Assembly (NCBI GenBank): GCA_951406725.2
Contig: OX597815.1
Span: 135,780,001-135,844,000 of the forward strand
Direction of reading: 5' to 3'
Length of the DNA stretch: 64,000 bases
DNA from: Octopus vulgaris
Lineage: Eukaryota
Position numbers and translations under genes: made by a program. The first letter of the stretch is position 1. Each line of letters opens with the position of its first letter. This document shows, in pieces, positions 12,476 to 26,523 of the stretch. Under the pieces are notes generated by a model, which saw only the letters and a list, made by a program, of their open reading frames with translations, ran no database searches and was not told where the DNA came from.

Positions 12476-14251
12476 CAGAGCCCGATTAACTATTAAACAA
12501 AATAAGCACATGCTTAGGGCATCAAAGGAGAGAGAGAGAGACCACCACAGAGCTTTTTACTATTGCCAGTAGCCGTAAGCTTTGAGCTATAACTAAATTT
12601 AGTATTTGATTCCCATGGGAATAATATAGACTTTGGTTCCACCTCAATTTTGTCATAGATCTCCAGCAACTGTTCAGTCACTAGGGCTTGTGCAAATAGA
12701 TGTTTCTTTTCAGACAGAACACCTTTTAAACTACCTTTGATGTTAACAACTCCTTTCTTTAGAGTGGTCACATGAAAGTAGGAACCATTTTTTGTTTGGT
12801 GATTGACTCGGAAATATTCAGCAGGAAATAAAGCTTCAATTATGAGATTATCTGATGGATAAATCTTGTGATTTGAAGAATCAAAAATTTCAAACAGATT
12901 TCATAATTTCTACCGGTTTCCAACACCCATTTTGTGTGTGATAAAACAACAAAACTTATGTAAGCTGGTTCAACAACATATATTAAAGCAGAAGGTTGGT
13001 ACGACTGTTCACTGTCTTGGATATTTCGGTCTCGTAAAACAATTTCAGTGGAACCAAAACTAATTGCTTCAGCTTCTGAGGTTTCCGGATTAAATGAACA
13101 GATGTCTGGTTTGACAACTTCCATGTAATATTGTGGAGAAGGCAAATAAATTCGAGTAATGACATTCTGCCTGATTTGTTCCAGTTTATAAAAGACTTTG
13201 CCATGAACCAACACGTGTACACTAGGAGGGTTAATCATCAAGTTGGCAATCACCGTCAAACTCACCGTGGCCGGGGGAACATTTTTATATATTGGGTCAA
13301 AGAGGGTTGCTTCAACTGTAGAACTGCCAGTTTTAACAGACTCCACTAAGACAATGTCACCAGTTTTTCCAGCTCGTTCTAATGGTGATATGTGAGGTGG
13401 GGTCTGGTATTTAGAATCTTCAAACTTTAAGAATTTAAGATTTTGTTCTTCAAAAAATTTTTTGTCTCCATTTGGCAAAAATTTCCAGTGGAATTCCATA
13501 CCACTCAGAGTAGTGAAGACATTTTCTTCATTATCATAAGCATGAACTGCAAGTATTTCAGGAGTGTCATCAAGAGATATTAGTCGAGTTGTAGTGGAGA
13601 TTGAGAAACGTGATATCAGGTCAACAATAACATAACAGTGAAACACCTCATTTGATATCTTATCTTCAGCAAATATGATTGAAGTCATTTTGTGGTCAGT
13701 TCTTGATACAGTTGAAACCACAGCATGCAACGAACAATCTTCCTCCAGCAAATTCATAGGGGTCACAGCAACCACTTCAGGGTGGGTAGATCTCCATGTG
13801 TAGCAGTGGTTATGTTCGGCTTGCTCTTCTTTCGTTAAGTTTACCTTTAAAGTAAAGTTCGAGATTGTTGTAGGACTGTACGGTAATAACACTTTAGGTG
13901 CATTTAATTTTCCACCACTGACACATGCTAAATTATAACAAAAAGAAAAAGAAAAATTTTTAAAAGGTGTTGAAAATTTATATATTTCCTGTTTCTCTAA
14001 ATACTCATAAATAATTGTTATATTGCTTGCTGCCATTTAGTGTTAAATAAATTGTTTAGAAAAGCAATTCATATCTAATATAGCTATTGAGTCTGGCTTA
14101 GTGGAATGGCTACGATAAAAAACTTAGTTTATACATGTTTTTTTTCACATTATGCGTTTATGTCGAAATGGTTTGCTAAACAATGGAAGAGTTGAGAGTG
14201 CACCATTTCTGGGTGATGTTGAGGGCGTAGGTCAGCATTAATCCAGCTTTG
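12476..14251. mobile_element. hAT-like non-autonomous TIR element enclosing the Nup210 copy (candidate Pack-TIR)
   Basis: Left end cagagcccgattaa (12476) versus right end reverse complement caaagctggattaa (14251), 11/14 match, resembling CAGGGCCGGATTAA-type hAT ends. Subterminal tgcttagggc / tgttgagggc. 8-bp flanks aacctggc / aacgtaga match 5/8. Confidence 0.6.
12560..14036 (-). pseudogene. NUP210: Intronless, 3'-truncated copy of nuclear pore membrane glycoprotein 210 (N-terminal about 450 aa, one frameshift)
   Basis: LNAPKVLLP, CYTWRSTHPEV, TSIIFAED, AYDNEENVFTTLSGMEFHW, IYVVEPAYI, WVLETGR match recalled Nup210 motifs. After a 1-nt frameshift near 12893 the homology continues (EIFDSSNHKIYPSDNLIIEALFPAEYF, NGSYFHV, ILFPW) and ends near 12560. 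No introns and no poly(A). Confidence 0.92.
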
Positions 14252-14292
14252 AACGTAGAAGATAAGGCCTCAATTTTTTTAGGAAGTGAGTG

Positions 14293-14356
14293 TTTCCCGC
14301 TCAAATCATTTCCTGCTCAAAGCATTTCCCGCTCAAAATATTTCCCGCTTAAAGCA
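14293..14356. repeat. 4 x 16-bp tandem repeat (tttcccgctcaaagca)
   Basis: Units start at 14293, 14309, 14325 and 14341. Confidence 0.92.
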
Positions 14357-14469
14357 TTTGCAGAAAATGTAAGGTGAAAAGGCTTTAGTGTAGGACTGAA
14401 ACGTTATCCTTGCTTTCCTTCACTGCTCACAAGTCGCATGCATGTATGGAGGAAATAATTTATAGAATC

Positions 14470-14702
14470 TATTTCTTTACTACCCACAAGGGGCTAAACA
14501 CAGAGAGGACAAACAAAGACAGACAAAGGGATTAAGTCGATTATATCGACCCCAGTGCGTAACTGGTACTTATTTAATTGACCCCGAAAGGATGAAAGGC
14601 AAAGTCGACCTCGGCGGAATTTGAACTCAGAACGTAACAGCAGACGAAATACCGCTAAGCATTTCGTCCAGCGCGCTAACGACTCTGCCAGTTCGCCGCC
14701 TT
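14470..14702 (-). mobile_element. SINE family A, full copy
   Basis: Reverse complement of the 7013 unit, head ggcggcgaactggcagagtcgttagc. Confidence 0.9.
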
Positions 14703-15589
14703 CTAATAATTTATAGAATCGTCAGAGCATTGAAAAAAAAATGTCTCTGGTATGCATTACGGTCCTATAAGTTCTCACGTCAAATCCTACCACTGTCAAC
14801 TTTGTCTTCCGTACTTCCGGGGTCGATAAAATAAAGTGCCAATCAAGTATTTGTTCGATTTAATATTTCTACAGATTCATCTAGCCGTGAATGATATCAT
14901 AACAGAAATGAAATAAAACCACAATTTTAACCCATTAATGCATAGCGTTTCAAAAATAAGAGTTATAAAATTATTCAATACAAACCATTTATCGATTGTA
15001 ATTAATAGTATAATATAAATTAAACTTTATGCATTAATGGATTAATGTCTTTTGGACGAACCATGAACATATATGATTATATCCTATTTAACTTCTAGCT
15101 TTACATTTCTCTTCCTGGGTTAAAGTTAGAAAATTATTGACAGTATCAATTGGGCGAACCTTTGCGTTTGAGTCGACATCACCTTTTATAATTATTGGTT
15201 CAATAAAATACATACGGGTCAAGTACAGGGCTTGATTGAATCGACGATACACCTGACCCGATAAAATGTTGCAGCTTCGCACCTGAATCAGTAATTGAAG
15301 GCATGTATTCTACTGGTGACGCAACTTAGTTCTCAAACATATGATGTTGTCTTCGTTTTCCTTGCAGAAAGTACGTTGTCTCATTAAACAACCTACTTAA
15401 CTTCATGATGCTCCGGGCTACCCGACTAGGAAAAATCAGTATTACGTCCTACGGAGCACTCGGCCAAAATCAAGTTAGTACGACAACATAAACAGTCAAA
15501 AACATTCAGGCCCAAGAAGTGATATGTTTAGCAGTGTAGCACTGAATCCTATCTTTCCCGCCAAGAAATCATTACGTCAGAGCAGAAAG

Positions 15590-15810
15590 ACGCCGAGCTG
15601 GTAGAATCGTTAGCGAGTCGGGCAAGACGTTTAACAGCATTTCTTCAAAGCTCTTTATATTTCTCGGTTCAAATTCTACCATGGCCGACTTTGCATTTCA
15701 TAATTTCGGGCTCGATAATACAAGTGCAAGCTAAACACTGATATCGATGTAATCGACTTACTCAACCCACTTCGTTAGAATTGCCGGCCTTTTGTCAGAA
15801 TTTGAAACCA
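15590..15810 (+). mobile_element. Decayed SINE family A
   Basis: gagctggtagaatcgttagc...gttcaaattc...cgactttgcatttcat...cgatgtaatcgactt. Confidence 0.75.
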
Positions 15811-16242
15811 TTATATCATAGCAGTAGAAGCAGAAGAGGGAAATTCCAACTACACTTTGTAGCTGTATTATTAAAAAGTCGCTCGGCAGCGATTCTGTTG
15901 GATTTGATCCTGTAGCGGAGAACTTTCGGGATGTGTCATTCTCGGGTGATGCATAGACATATATATATACATGTATATCTACACACAGATAAATATATGT
16001 ATAGATTTATAGATATTGACATATATATATATATTTAAATTCATATATATATATATATATGAATTTATATGTATATATATATAAACATATATATGTATAT
16101 ATGTATGTGTTTAAAATAAACATTCTCGTACCTTCTATCTTCCGTTTCTTTCATTAATCAAATACCCAACGAACACTGAGAAAGTGAACGTGCTTTACCG
16201 GTTAACTACTAGGTGTATATCATAGATTTACGAACTAATGTT

Positions 16243-16439
16243 CTTTTATTCTTTTATTTTTTATTTGTTTGAATCATTTGACTGCGGCCATGCTAGAGCA
16301 CTGCCTTTAGTCGAAAAAATCGACCCCAGGTCTTAGTCTTTGCAAACCTAGTATTTATTCTATCGGTCACTTTTGCCGAACCGCTAAGTTACAGAGACGT
16401 AAACACACTAACATCGGTTGTCAAGCGATGGTGAAGGGA

Positions 16440-16477
<38 letters not shown>

Positions 16478-16636
16478 TATTTACGGCGAGCTACTTTCAG
16501 TTTCCGTCTACCAAATCCACTGACAAAGCTTTGGTCAGCCTGAGGCTATAGTAGCTCAAGTTGTCATGCAGTGGGAGTGAATCCGGAACAATGTGGTTGG
16601 TAAGCAAGCTACTTGCCACACACCCACTCCTACGCC
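16243..16636 (-). mobile_element. tRNA-derived SINE, family B
   Basis: Reverse complement of the 22912 element, including the internal (CA)n. Confidence 0.88.
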
Positions 16637-17109
16637 TTTCTCTCCCTCTCCCCCCCCCCCCTCTCTCTCTCTATATATATATATTTATATATCTATGCGT
16701 GTGCATGTGTGATACCACTTGACAGCTTATGTCGGTTTGTTTACGTCCTCTTAGCTTAGAAGAGGACAGCATAAGCATCAGGTTCAGGGAAAAAAAAGAA
16801 AAAAAAAAAGGAATGTGTTCGACTGAAAAGTCTTGAAGGAGAGGCCTCAACACGTCTGCACTTTAATGACTGAAACAGCTAAAACAAAAACAAAAGGTAT
16901 ATATAAGGCGAGAGAGGGAGAGAGAGAAAGAGGGAGAGAGAGAGAAAGGGAGGGAAATTAATGTGTGTAGAGTTGCGCGCGAGTGGATACCACACTTCGC
17001 AACTGTTGCAGCATTCTGGCGATGCTTTTCTATGGAATTACGTAAGCAAATGCTAACACGCAGACAGACTCGCAGAAACTTATGTCAGAGTATCCCTTTC
17101 ACTCTGTCT

Positions 17110-18665
<1,556 letters not shown>

Positions 18666-18714
18666 ATACAAATGCAAATACTAATGTACATAAATACATA
18701 AATACAAACACAGC

Positions 18715-18811
18715 GTGATTCCGGTTTCCGTTCCACTGCATGATACCTTGAGCAAGAGTCCCACTATAGCCTAACGACAACCAAACCCAACTGAGTGGAT
18801 TTCAGAAAGGG

Positions 18812-18859
<48 letters not shown>

Positions 18860-19128
18860 GTGTGTGTGTGTTTGTGTTTGTGTGTATGTGTGTGTGCATG
18901 TATATATTTGTGTGTGTGTCTGTTTACCACCAACCATCATAGTCAACCGATGTTAGTGTGTTTGCGTCTCCGTAACGTAGCGGTTCGGCATAAGTGTGCT
19001 TACAAGACTTACAAAGAATAAGTCCCACAGTCAATTTGCTTCGATTAAAAAGGCTTTAAGGCGGTGCTCCAGCATGCCCGGCTTCCAAAAATGACTAAAA
19101 CAAGGAAAAGTATAGAAGAATAAAAGAA
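18715..19128 (+). mobile_element. SINE family B, decayed, with expanded internal (TA)n
   Basis: ccactgcatgataccttgagcaag...agcggttcggc...ggcggtgctccagcatg. Confidence 0.78.
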
Positions 19129-19130
19129 GA

Positions 19131-19181
<51 letters not shown>

Positions 19182-19369
19182 ACGTTATAATGTAATGTTT
19201 TAAATATACCGTAAATGGTCTTTTTACATACTGAACACTACTTGGCAAAATTAATTAATAATTAATTAATTTTACCCTTTTATTATTGACAAAATATGTG
19301 TATATATCTATGAATATATAAGTACACAGAAATATGTATATGCATATACACATATACACATATTCATAT

Positions 19370-19433
<64 letters not shown>

Positions 19434-19671
19434 TATATCTTATATATATATATATATATATACAATATATATATATATATTACGAACACACACACACACT
19501 TATATATATGATGAAAATGCATACCATATATTATGCATGTATAGATATATGCATATAGGTTAGAGAAATCAAACAAGATACCTACAAACCAAAACATTTG
19601 TTTATGTTATAATGATAATTATTTTACATTATGTATACACATATAATGTGGAATATGTAATGTAATTAATG

Positions 19672-19723
<52 letters not shown>

Positions 19724-20068
19724 TGTATATGCATATATATATACATATACATAGATATACATATATGTATATACACATATACATATGTGTGTGCATTTCT
19801 TTCTCTCCTCTACGCACACGTGCACACACACACGCGCGCGCGCACACACACACACACATATCTGGAATCTTTTGGGAAGGGGCAAGTCAATTAGATCGAC
19901 TCCAGTATGCTATTGGTACTTAATTTATCGTCTCTGAAGAGATGAGAGGTCGACTCTGCCTTTCGTCCTTTCGGGGTCGATAAATTAAGTACCAATTGCA
20001 TACTGGGTTCGATCTAATCGACTGGCCCCATCCCCTACAACTTAAGCCTTTTGCCTGAAGTAGAAAAG

Positions 20069-20105
<37 letters not shown>

Positions 20106-20111
<6 letters not shown>

Positions 20112-20245
20112 TAATGTAAAATTGATAGTGTAATATATATATATATATATATATAGTGTAATGTAAAATTGATAGTGTAATATATATATATGTATATATG
20201 TATATATATATATATATAGTGTAATGTAAAATTGATAGTGTAATA
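20106..20245. repeat. Three copies of tagtgtaatgtaaaattgatagtgtaa separated by (TA)n
   Basis: Identical 27-bp units near 20106, 20154 and 20217. Confidence 0.9.
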
Positions 20246-20498
20246 TATATATATGTATATATGTATATATATATATATGTATGTATATATATGTATATGA
20301 ATATATATATATGTATATATACAGTCAAACATACATACACACATACACATATGTATGTATTCACACATATATATATATATATACATATATGTGTACATTT
20401 CTCTATTACATATGTATCTATATATATGTTTATATATATATATACATATATGCATATTATGTAATATATGTTATCTCTATATGTATAAATACTTACAT

Positions 20499-20556
<58 letters not shown>

Positions 20557-20647
20557 CTTACATATATATATATATATATACACACTCACATATAACATAT
20601 ATTCTTTTATATGTTTTGTCCATAGGCTGTGTATGCTGGCTTACCTG

Positions 20648-20688
<41 letters not shown>

Positions 20689-20742
20689 ATATAATATAGA
20701 TATCATATCATATATATATATCATGTGTATATAAAAATCCTG

Positions 20743-20781
<39 letters not shown>

Positions 20782-21338
20782 CGAGAGGGACAGGGAAAGA
20801 GAGATAGATAGATAGATATACATTTACATACATACATATATTCGTATATATGTATACACACACGCACACACAGGCAATTTACACTTATATACACACACAC
20901 ACACACATATATTTATCTATAAATATATATTAATAGATAGATCGATAGGCAGACAGACAGCCAGAGAAAAAGATAAAGTGATTAATAAGCAAATATTTAC
21001 ACATTTATATGCATACATAGACACGCTCACAGAAATGCGCAAGCACATATTTTTATGTTATTTCTTTACTTGTATCCAACGAATCAAACCTAATCCTCAT
21101 TTTTTTGTAAAGCGTGGTACTTCTTTTATCAATATATTTTATCAAACCGCTAGGTAACATATACCCGCCATCGCCGCTTGTCAAGCAGTTGTGGGGGAAA
21201 AACACAAAGACACACACACATACATACATATATATATAAATACATACATACATACATTCATATACATATATATAAAATCAATTTATATATATAAATATAA
21301 CATATATATAAAATATATATATATATATATATATACAT

Positions 21339-21370
<32 letters not shown>

Positions 21371-21380
21371 GTATATATAA

Positions 21381-21431
<51 letters not shown>

Positions 21432-21443
21432 AAATATACATCC

Positions 21444-21660
21444 TTAAATCCTTAAAAATGTTTCCGCCCGAATGCTTCGGCCATGGTGGGGCACCACCGT
21501 TGAATGTCCTACAGTAGTATCTGAAACCACCTCTGATACGTGACACTTGGTCAAGAAAGGTGTTCGTCGCCGCTGCCCGCATCTGTGTTTCCTGCCGACA
21601 GGTAGGTTCATCTGGAACCCCTGACATAAGATCCAGTTTAGTTTTTTGTAAAACCTGGTA
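21444..21660 (-). mobile_element. 3' end of CR1/L2-group LINE
   Basis: GVPDEPTCRQETQMRAAATN, homologous to the 2310 and 42110 regions; tail ...aaacatttttaaggatttaaggat. Confidence 0.85.
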
Positions 21661-21727
21661 CTTGTTTTATCATTTATATATATATATATATATATATTTA
21701 GTGAGGGAAGAAATTTCCGCACTAAGG

Positions 21728-21765
21728 CACGGTTTTGAGACCCCATGGTCGTAACCTCAACCGTG
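21728..21765 (+). ncRNA. Degenerate minimal hammerhead-like motif in (TA)n-flanked insert 21698-21853
   Basis: cacggtt-TTGA-gacc-ccat-ggtc-GTAA-cc-TC-aaccgtg; perfect 7-bp stem I and 4-bp stem II, mutated core. Confidence 0.5.
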
Positions 21766-21848
21766 ATTTTTCTGTTGTGATTTTTGCTACCCAGGTATCG
21801 GTTATAATTTGAATAATCCGTAACAAGATAATTCATTTATCCATTTCA

Positions 21849-21922
<74 letters not shown>

Positions 21923-22157
21923 ATATACACACACGCATATATATATGTATACACTCACATCGGGCTTCTTTCGGTTTCCCTCTACCAAATCCTTTCACAA
22001 GGCTATGGTCAGGACGAAACTACAGTAGGAAGCACGCGCCCAACGTGCCACACAGTGGAACTGAACCCGAAACTCTGTAGATGGGAAATAAACTCCTAAC
22101 AGCATGTACACACACACACACATATATATATAAATACATATATGTATACATATATAT

Positions 22158-22216
<59 letters not shown>

Positions 22217-22333
22217 CATATATGTATTCATATATATACATATCCATGTGTGTGTATACATATGTGTATTCATATATTTATATATATGTATGTGTATAGA
22301 TATATATATATATATAAATGTATATGTATATGA

Positions 22334-22374
<41 letters not shown>

Positions 22375-22388
22375 TGCATATATATCTA

Positions 22389-22459
<71 letters not shown>

Positions 22460-22468
22460 GTATATGTA

Positions 22469-22516
<48 letters not shown>

Positions 22517-22911
22517 GACATATATGTATATTTTGCGTGCAGTGTTGGAGAAGGTCACAGTATGCACATGGCGAAAGGGAGAGGGGAAATAATGCAGGAG
22601 AGATACGTCATTTTTCGTTTCAAGCGTTTAAATGCTGGAATTGTACCGCTTCTCTAGCAACATATAAATAAACACAAGCAGACACACATACTCGCGTAGT
22701 GACACGAACACACGCACACACGAACATAGACGTGCATTACTTGTTGCGTGTTGCTTTCTGTGATATAATAGATAACTTAAAGTTGTGGGAATGCTGATTT
22801 GCCGAATTTAAGTCACCGCTGGCTATGGATTTTCTTATTGCCTCGTTTGAATTAGTTAAATTCCGAATGATCACTTAAGAATGGTATTAGACTAAATAAA
22901 TAAATAGATAT

Positions 22912-23083
22912 AGGCGCAGGAGTGGCTGTGTGGTAAGTAGCTTGCTAACCAACCACATGGTTCCGGATTCAGTCCCACTGCGTGGCATCTTGGGCAAGTG
23001 TCTTCTGCTATAGCCCCGGGTCGACCAATGCCTTGTGAGTGGATTTGGTAGACGGAAACTTAAAGAAGCCCATCGTATATGTG

Positions 23084-23114
<31 letters not shown>

Positions 23115-23312
23115 TTGTCCCCCCCCGAACATCGCTTGACAACCGATGCTGGTGTGTTTACGTCCCCGTCACTTAGCGGTTCGGCAAAAGAGACCGATAG
23201 AATAAGTACTGGGCTTACAAAGAATAAGTCCCGGGGTCGATTTGCTCGACTAAAGGCGGTGCTCCAGCATGACCGCAGTCAAATGACTAAAACAAGTAAA
23301 AAGAGTAAAAGA
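22912..23312 (+). mobile_element. tRNA-derived SINE, family B, full copy
   Basis: A-box tggctgtgtgg and B-box-like gattcagtccc, central domain cttgggcaagtgtctt, internal microsatellite, LINE-like tail. Further copies at 21960-22100, 41184-41590 and 42765-43025. Confidence 0.92.
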
Positions 23313-23491
23313 GTATATAAGCAGAGTAAGTAAAGAATTACAGGGAAGAAGTGCTATTATGTCTTGTAGCAGAAATTGTAAAGCGTAACTTGAAGTTTAA
23401 ATTCTTCTTTGCTCTAAGTTCAAATGCAATTTAGTGTTTCATAATTTCGGTGAAAATTCGTTAGAAGTATACTTGTGTATCGATACAGTTA

Positions 23492-23692
23492 CGACGGGGT
23501 GCTGAAAAGTTCCTGGCTTTAAGGGTATGAAGAAAGGCATGGTTAGAGGGCCAAACTTTCGGGTTCTTTTACAGGGCTTAGAAAATCTGCAGTGTGTGTA
23601 TCTGAGAGGAAATATTTTGAATAAAATCATAATTAACCGATCCTCCTGTATTTTATTTTACCCAAAGCCAGGAACTTCTCAAGCACACCTCG
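23492..23692. mobile_element. Mariner-type MITE (about 200 bp)
   Basis: TIRs cgacggggtgctgaaaagttcctggcttt / aaagccaggaacttctcaagcacacctcg, TA on both sides. Confidence 0.85.
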
Positions 23693-23755
23693 TAGCTAAT
23701 TAGCTAATAAGAGGCCATCTGTTAGCTATCTATGTACAAGTATATATATATATAT

Positions 23756-24508
23756 TGTATCAGACTGCCAAAAGGGAAGCTAGGAGACAGGTCTATCTAG
23801 CCAGAGGGGAAGCAGATAAGAAAAAAATTGCCAATGTTCTGCGCCGTGAGGACCAAAGACTGGAGGTGTTTTATCGCGTTGCAAGACAGTGTGTGAGAGA
23901 GAATTGTGATGTGGTAGGAGAGAAGTGTGTTCGCATGGAAGATGGTTCACTTGCGCTAAATGAGGATGCAAAGAGAGAGGTTTGGAGACGCCACTATGAA
24001 AGGTTGCTGAATAAAGAAAATGAATGGGATAAAGAGAGTCTGCCGAATGTTGACCCAACAGAGGGACCAGCTATCCGAGTTGACAGTTCCTTGGTAGTTA
24101 AGACAATTAGAAGCATGAAGACAGAGAAAGCCCCAGGCCCATCAGGAATCACTGCAGAGATGCTCAAAATATCTGGTAGTGTCGGCTATAGCCTAGTCAC
24201 CCGTATAGTTAATCAGGTGATACACGAAGGAGTCATACCCAATGACTGGTGTAGCAGCATAATAGTCAACTGCTACAAAGGTAAAGGTGACGCCCTAGAT
24301 ACAAATAATTACAGAGGTATCAAGCTGTTGGATCAGGTAATGAAGGTTACGGAGAGGGTCATAGCCCAACTAATTAGAGAGAGTAAGTTTAGATGAGATG
24401 CAGTTTTGGTTCGTGCCAGGGAAAAGTACCACTGATGCTATATTCCTGGTAAGGCAGCTGCAGGAGAAATACCTAGCCAAAGATAAGCCCCTGTACCTGG
24501 CTTTGCTG
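23756..24508 (+). mobile_element. RTE-clade LINE reverse transcriptase fragment running into the gap
   Basis: KAPGPSGITAEMLK, IPNDW, YKGKGDALDTNNYRGIKLL, then (frameshift) FVPGKSTTDAIFLVRQLQEKY. Confidence 0.92.
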
Positions 24509-24608
24509 NNNNNNNNNNNNNNNNNNNNNNNNNNNNNNNNNNNNNNNNNNNNNNNNNNNNNNNNNNNNNNNNNNNNNNNNNNNNNNNNNNNNNNNNNNNN
24601 NNNNNNNN
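24509..24608. other. Assembly gap (100 N)
   Basis: Run of N; true size and adjacency across it are unknown. Confidence 1.
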
Positions 24609-26523
24609 CAGAAGTGGTTTCTGGAAAGATCTTTTTATAGATGTTGTGGTTAAATACACAATATATTTCAGAGCTAGACGAAACGGGATCATCCCGGAAG
24701 CGACCATGTGAATGACAGAAGCGTATTTTGCCATTTGTGCGGCGTATCAATGCGACGCCTTGATAAATATTTTGTTACAGTACTACTTTTTTGCATATTT
24801 TGAATTTTATTCAGCCAAGCGGCCTCATTAGAGGGTTGATTGTTCTTTGATCTATATATTTCAGACTGTCTAAGTTGGCCTAGTTGATTTATTCAGAAAT
24901 GATTCGATTGTGTGTCATTAACAAGCAGCAAAAACCACTCTTGTGGTTGCTTCCGAAACCATTTCGTTACGTCTTGCTTCGAAGTATATTGTCTTTTTAC
25001 GCACTATTTCTATAAAGGGATCACTCTCCAGACTACTGCAGCTTCTAACTTTTCAACGATACTCATACATTAAGTAGGCCAAATAAACAAAGATGCATAC
25101 ATTACATATATATTATATACAAGCACAATATACAAGCATGTGTATTATGTATTTGCGTGGTAAAAATATAACAATATATATATATGCTAATTCATTCAAC
25201 CAGTTTATTTTAAAGCCTTAGTAACAGACATGCATTGTCTATTTAAACATTTATAGTGGATATGAAGTTTCCACGAAGGATTGAAAGAATTCATATTCTC
25301 CAATGTATTCGTTAGTTCTGCCTCTAATATGCTTTTCTCTATCATTAGTTTCTTATCGACTCAACTCGTTAGGCTGTCATCAACCCGTTGATCTAGGCTT
25401 TCGTACCAGGAGCGACTCATTTAGTTTTAAAAAACATGATTCCTGTCTGTGTATTCTATTTAGGTCGACTCTATAGATCACAAACTGTTGGTGTGTATAA
25501 CTGAACGGTTAACATTGTGAATACCCTCCACAACTTCTATCTTCGGTGCTAATCATATGTAGATACAATTTAGATGACCCGACGTGTTTACGCCATTACC
25601 AGACTAGTACACTTAGCAAATCCACTTCTCAGATGAAATTATCTGAGCAGATTTGCACTCAATAGCGGGATGTTCATAAGAGCTTTTCCAACGCTGAGAG
25701 AATACAACGTTAAGTTACATACTTTGTTACTACCCCTGCCTACCCCTACAGTTTTGCTGTCCGGCTTCAGGAAGTTTGGTACTACTTCTGATCAAAGCCT
25801 TTCAATATAACTCTGCGACCGTGCCGCCAATCTTGTTCAGCACACCTCCATAAACTGTTAACAACACTTACCAGAACCGAAAGTGAGCTAATGAACGTTG
25901 TTATTCGGCCTGATAGAAATAACCTACAAATCATCCTTAAATCATATCGCACTATCCTATAAAAGGACCGATTGGACGCGATCGATTCTAGGGCGCCCTA
26001 CACGTTGGAAAAGGATAAGATATTCACAGCTAGAATGTCTTTGATCATGGATCTGCTCCACTAAAGCAAGCCCGGCTCTAAGCAGCTACATCAACAAAAA
26101 TAACAACACTAACACCAACGCCCATTATCAATAACAAAGAAACTTTACGCGTTCGTTCGATAAACTAAAAAACGACATTTAAAAACACACTCTCCGTTTA
26201 ATCAAAAGATCACTTCAAACTGTATCCGTAATGTGCCTCAGGAACACTTTCCCTTACGGGTCTACTTCAATCAGGGGTGACACTAATTGAAGCTAAACAA
26301 CAACATACTATTAGCCACTACATCCCTCACCAGAAACACTTCAGACAGTTTGATACTGTCACTAACTGACATGAGCACCAACTTGCATAAAATAACCAGA
26401 ACGAAAAGTTCTTTGACCAAGTGATAAATATTTCTGTTGTTATTTCTAATAATTACTCACGAACACACGCACACATACGCACTCTCAAGCGGCACTCTGA
26501 TACGCGTGTGTATGTGTGTGTGT

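Noticed and set aside
20106-20245. CRISPR-like repeat-spacer pattern
   Set aside because: The spacers are (TA)n, the context is eukaryotic and there are no cas genes; it is a minisatellite.
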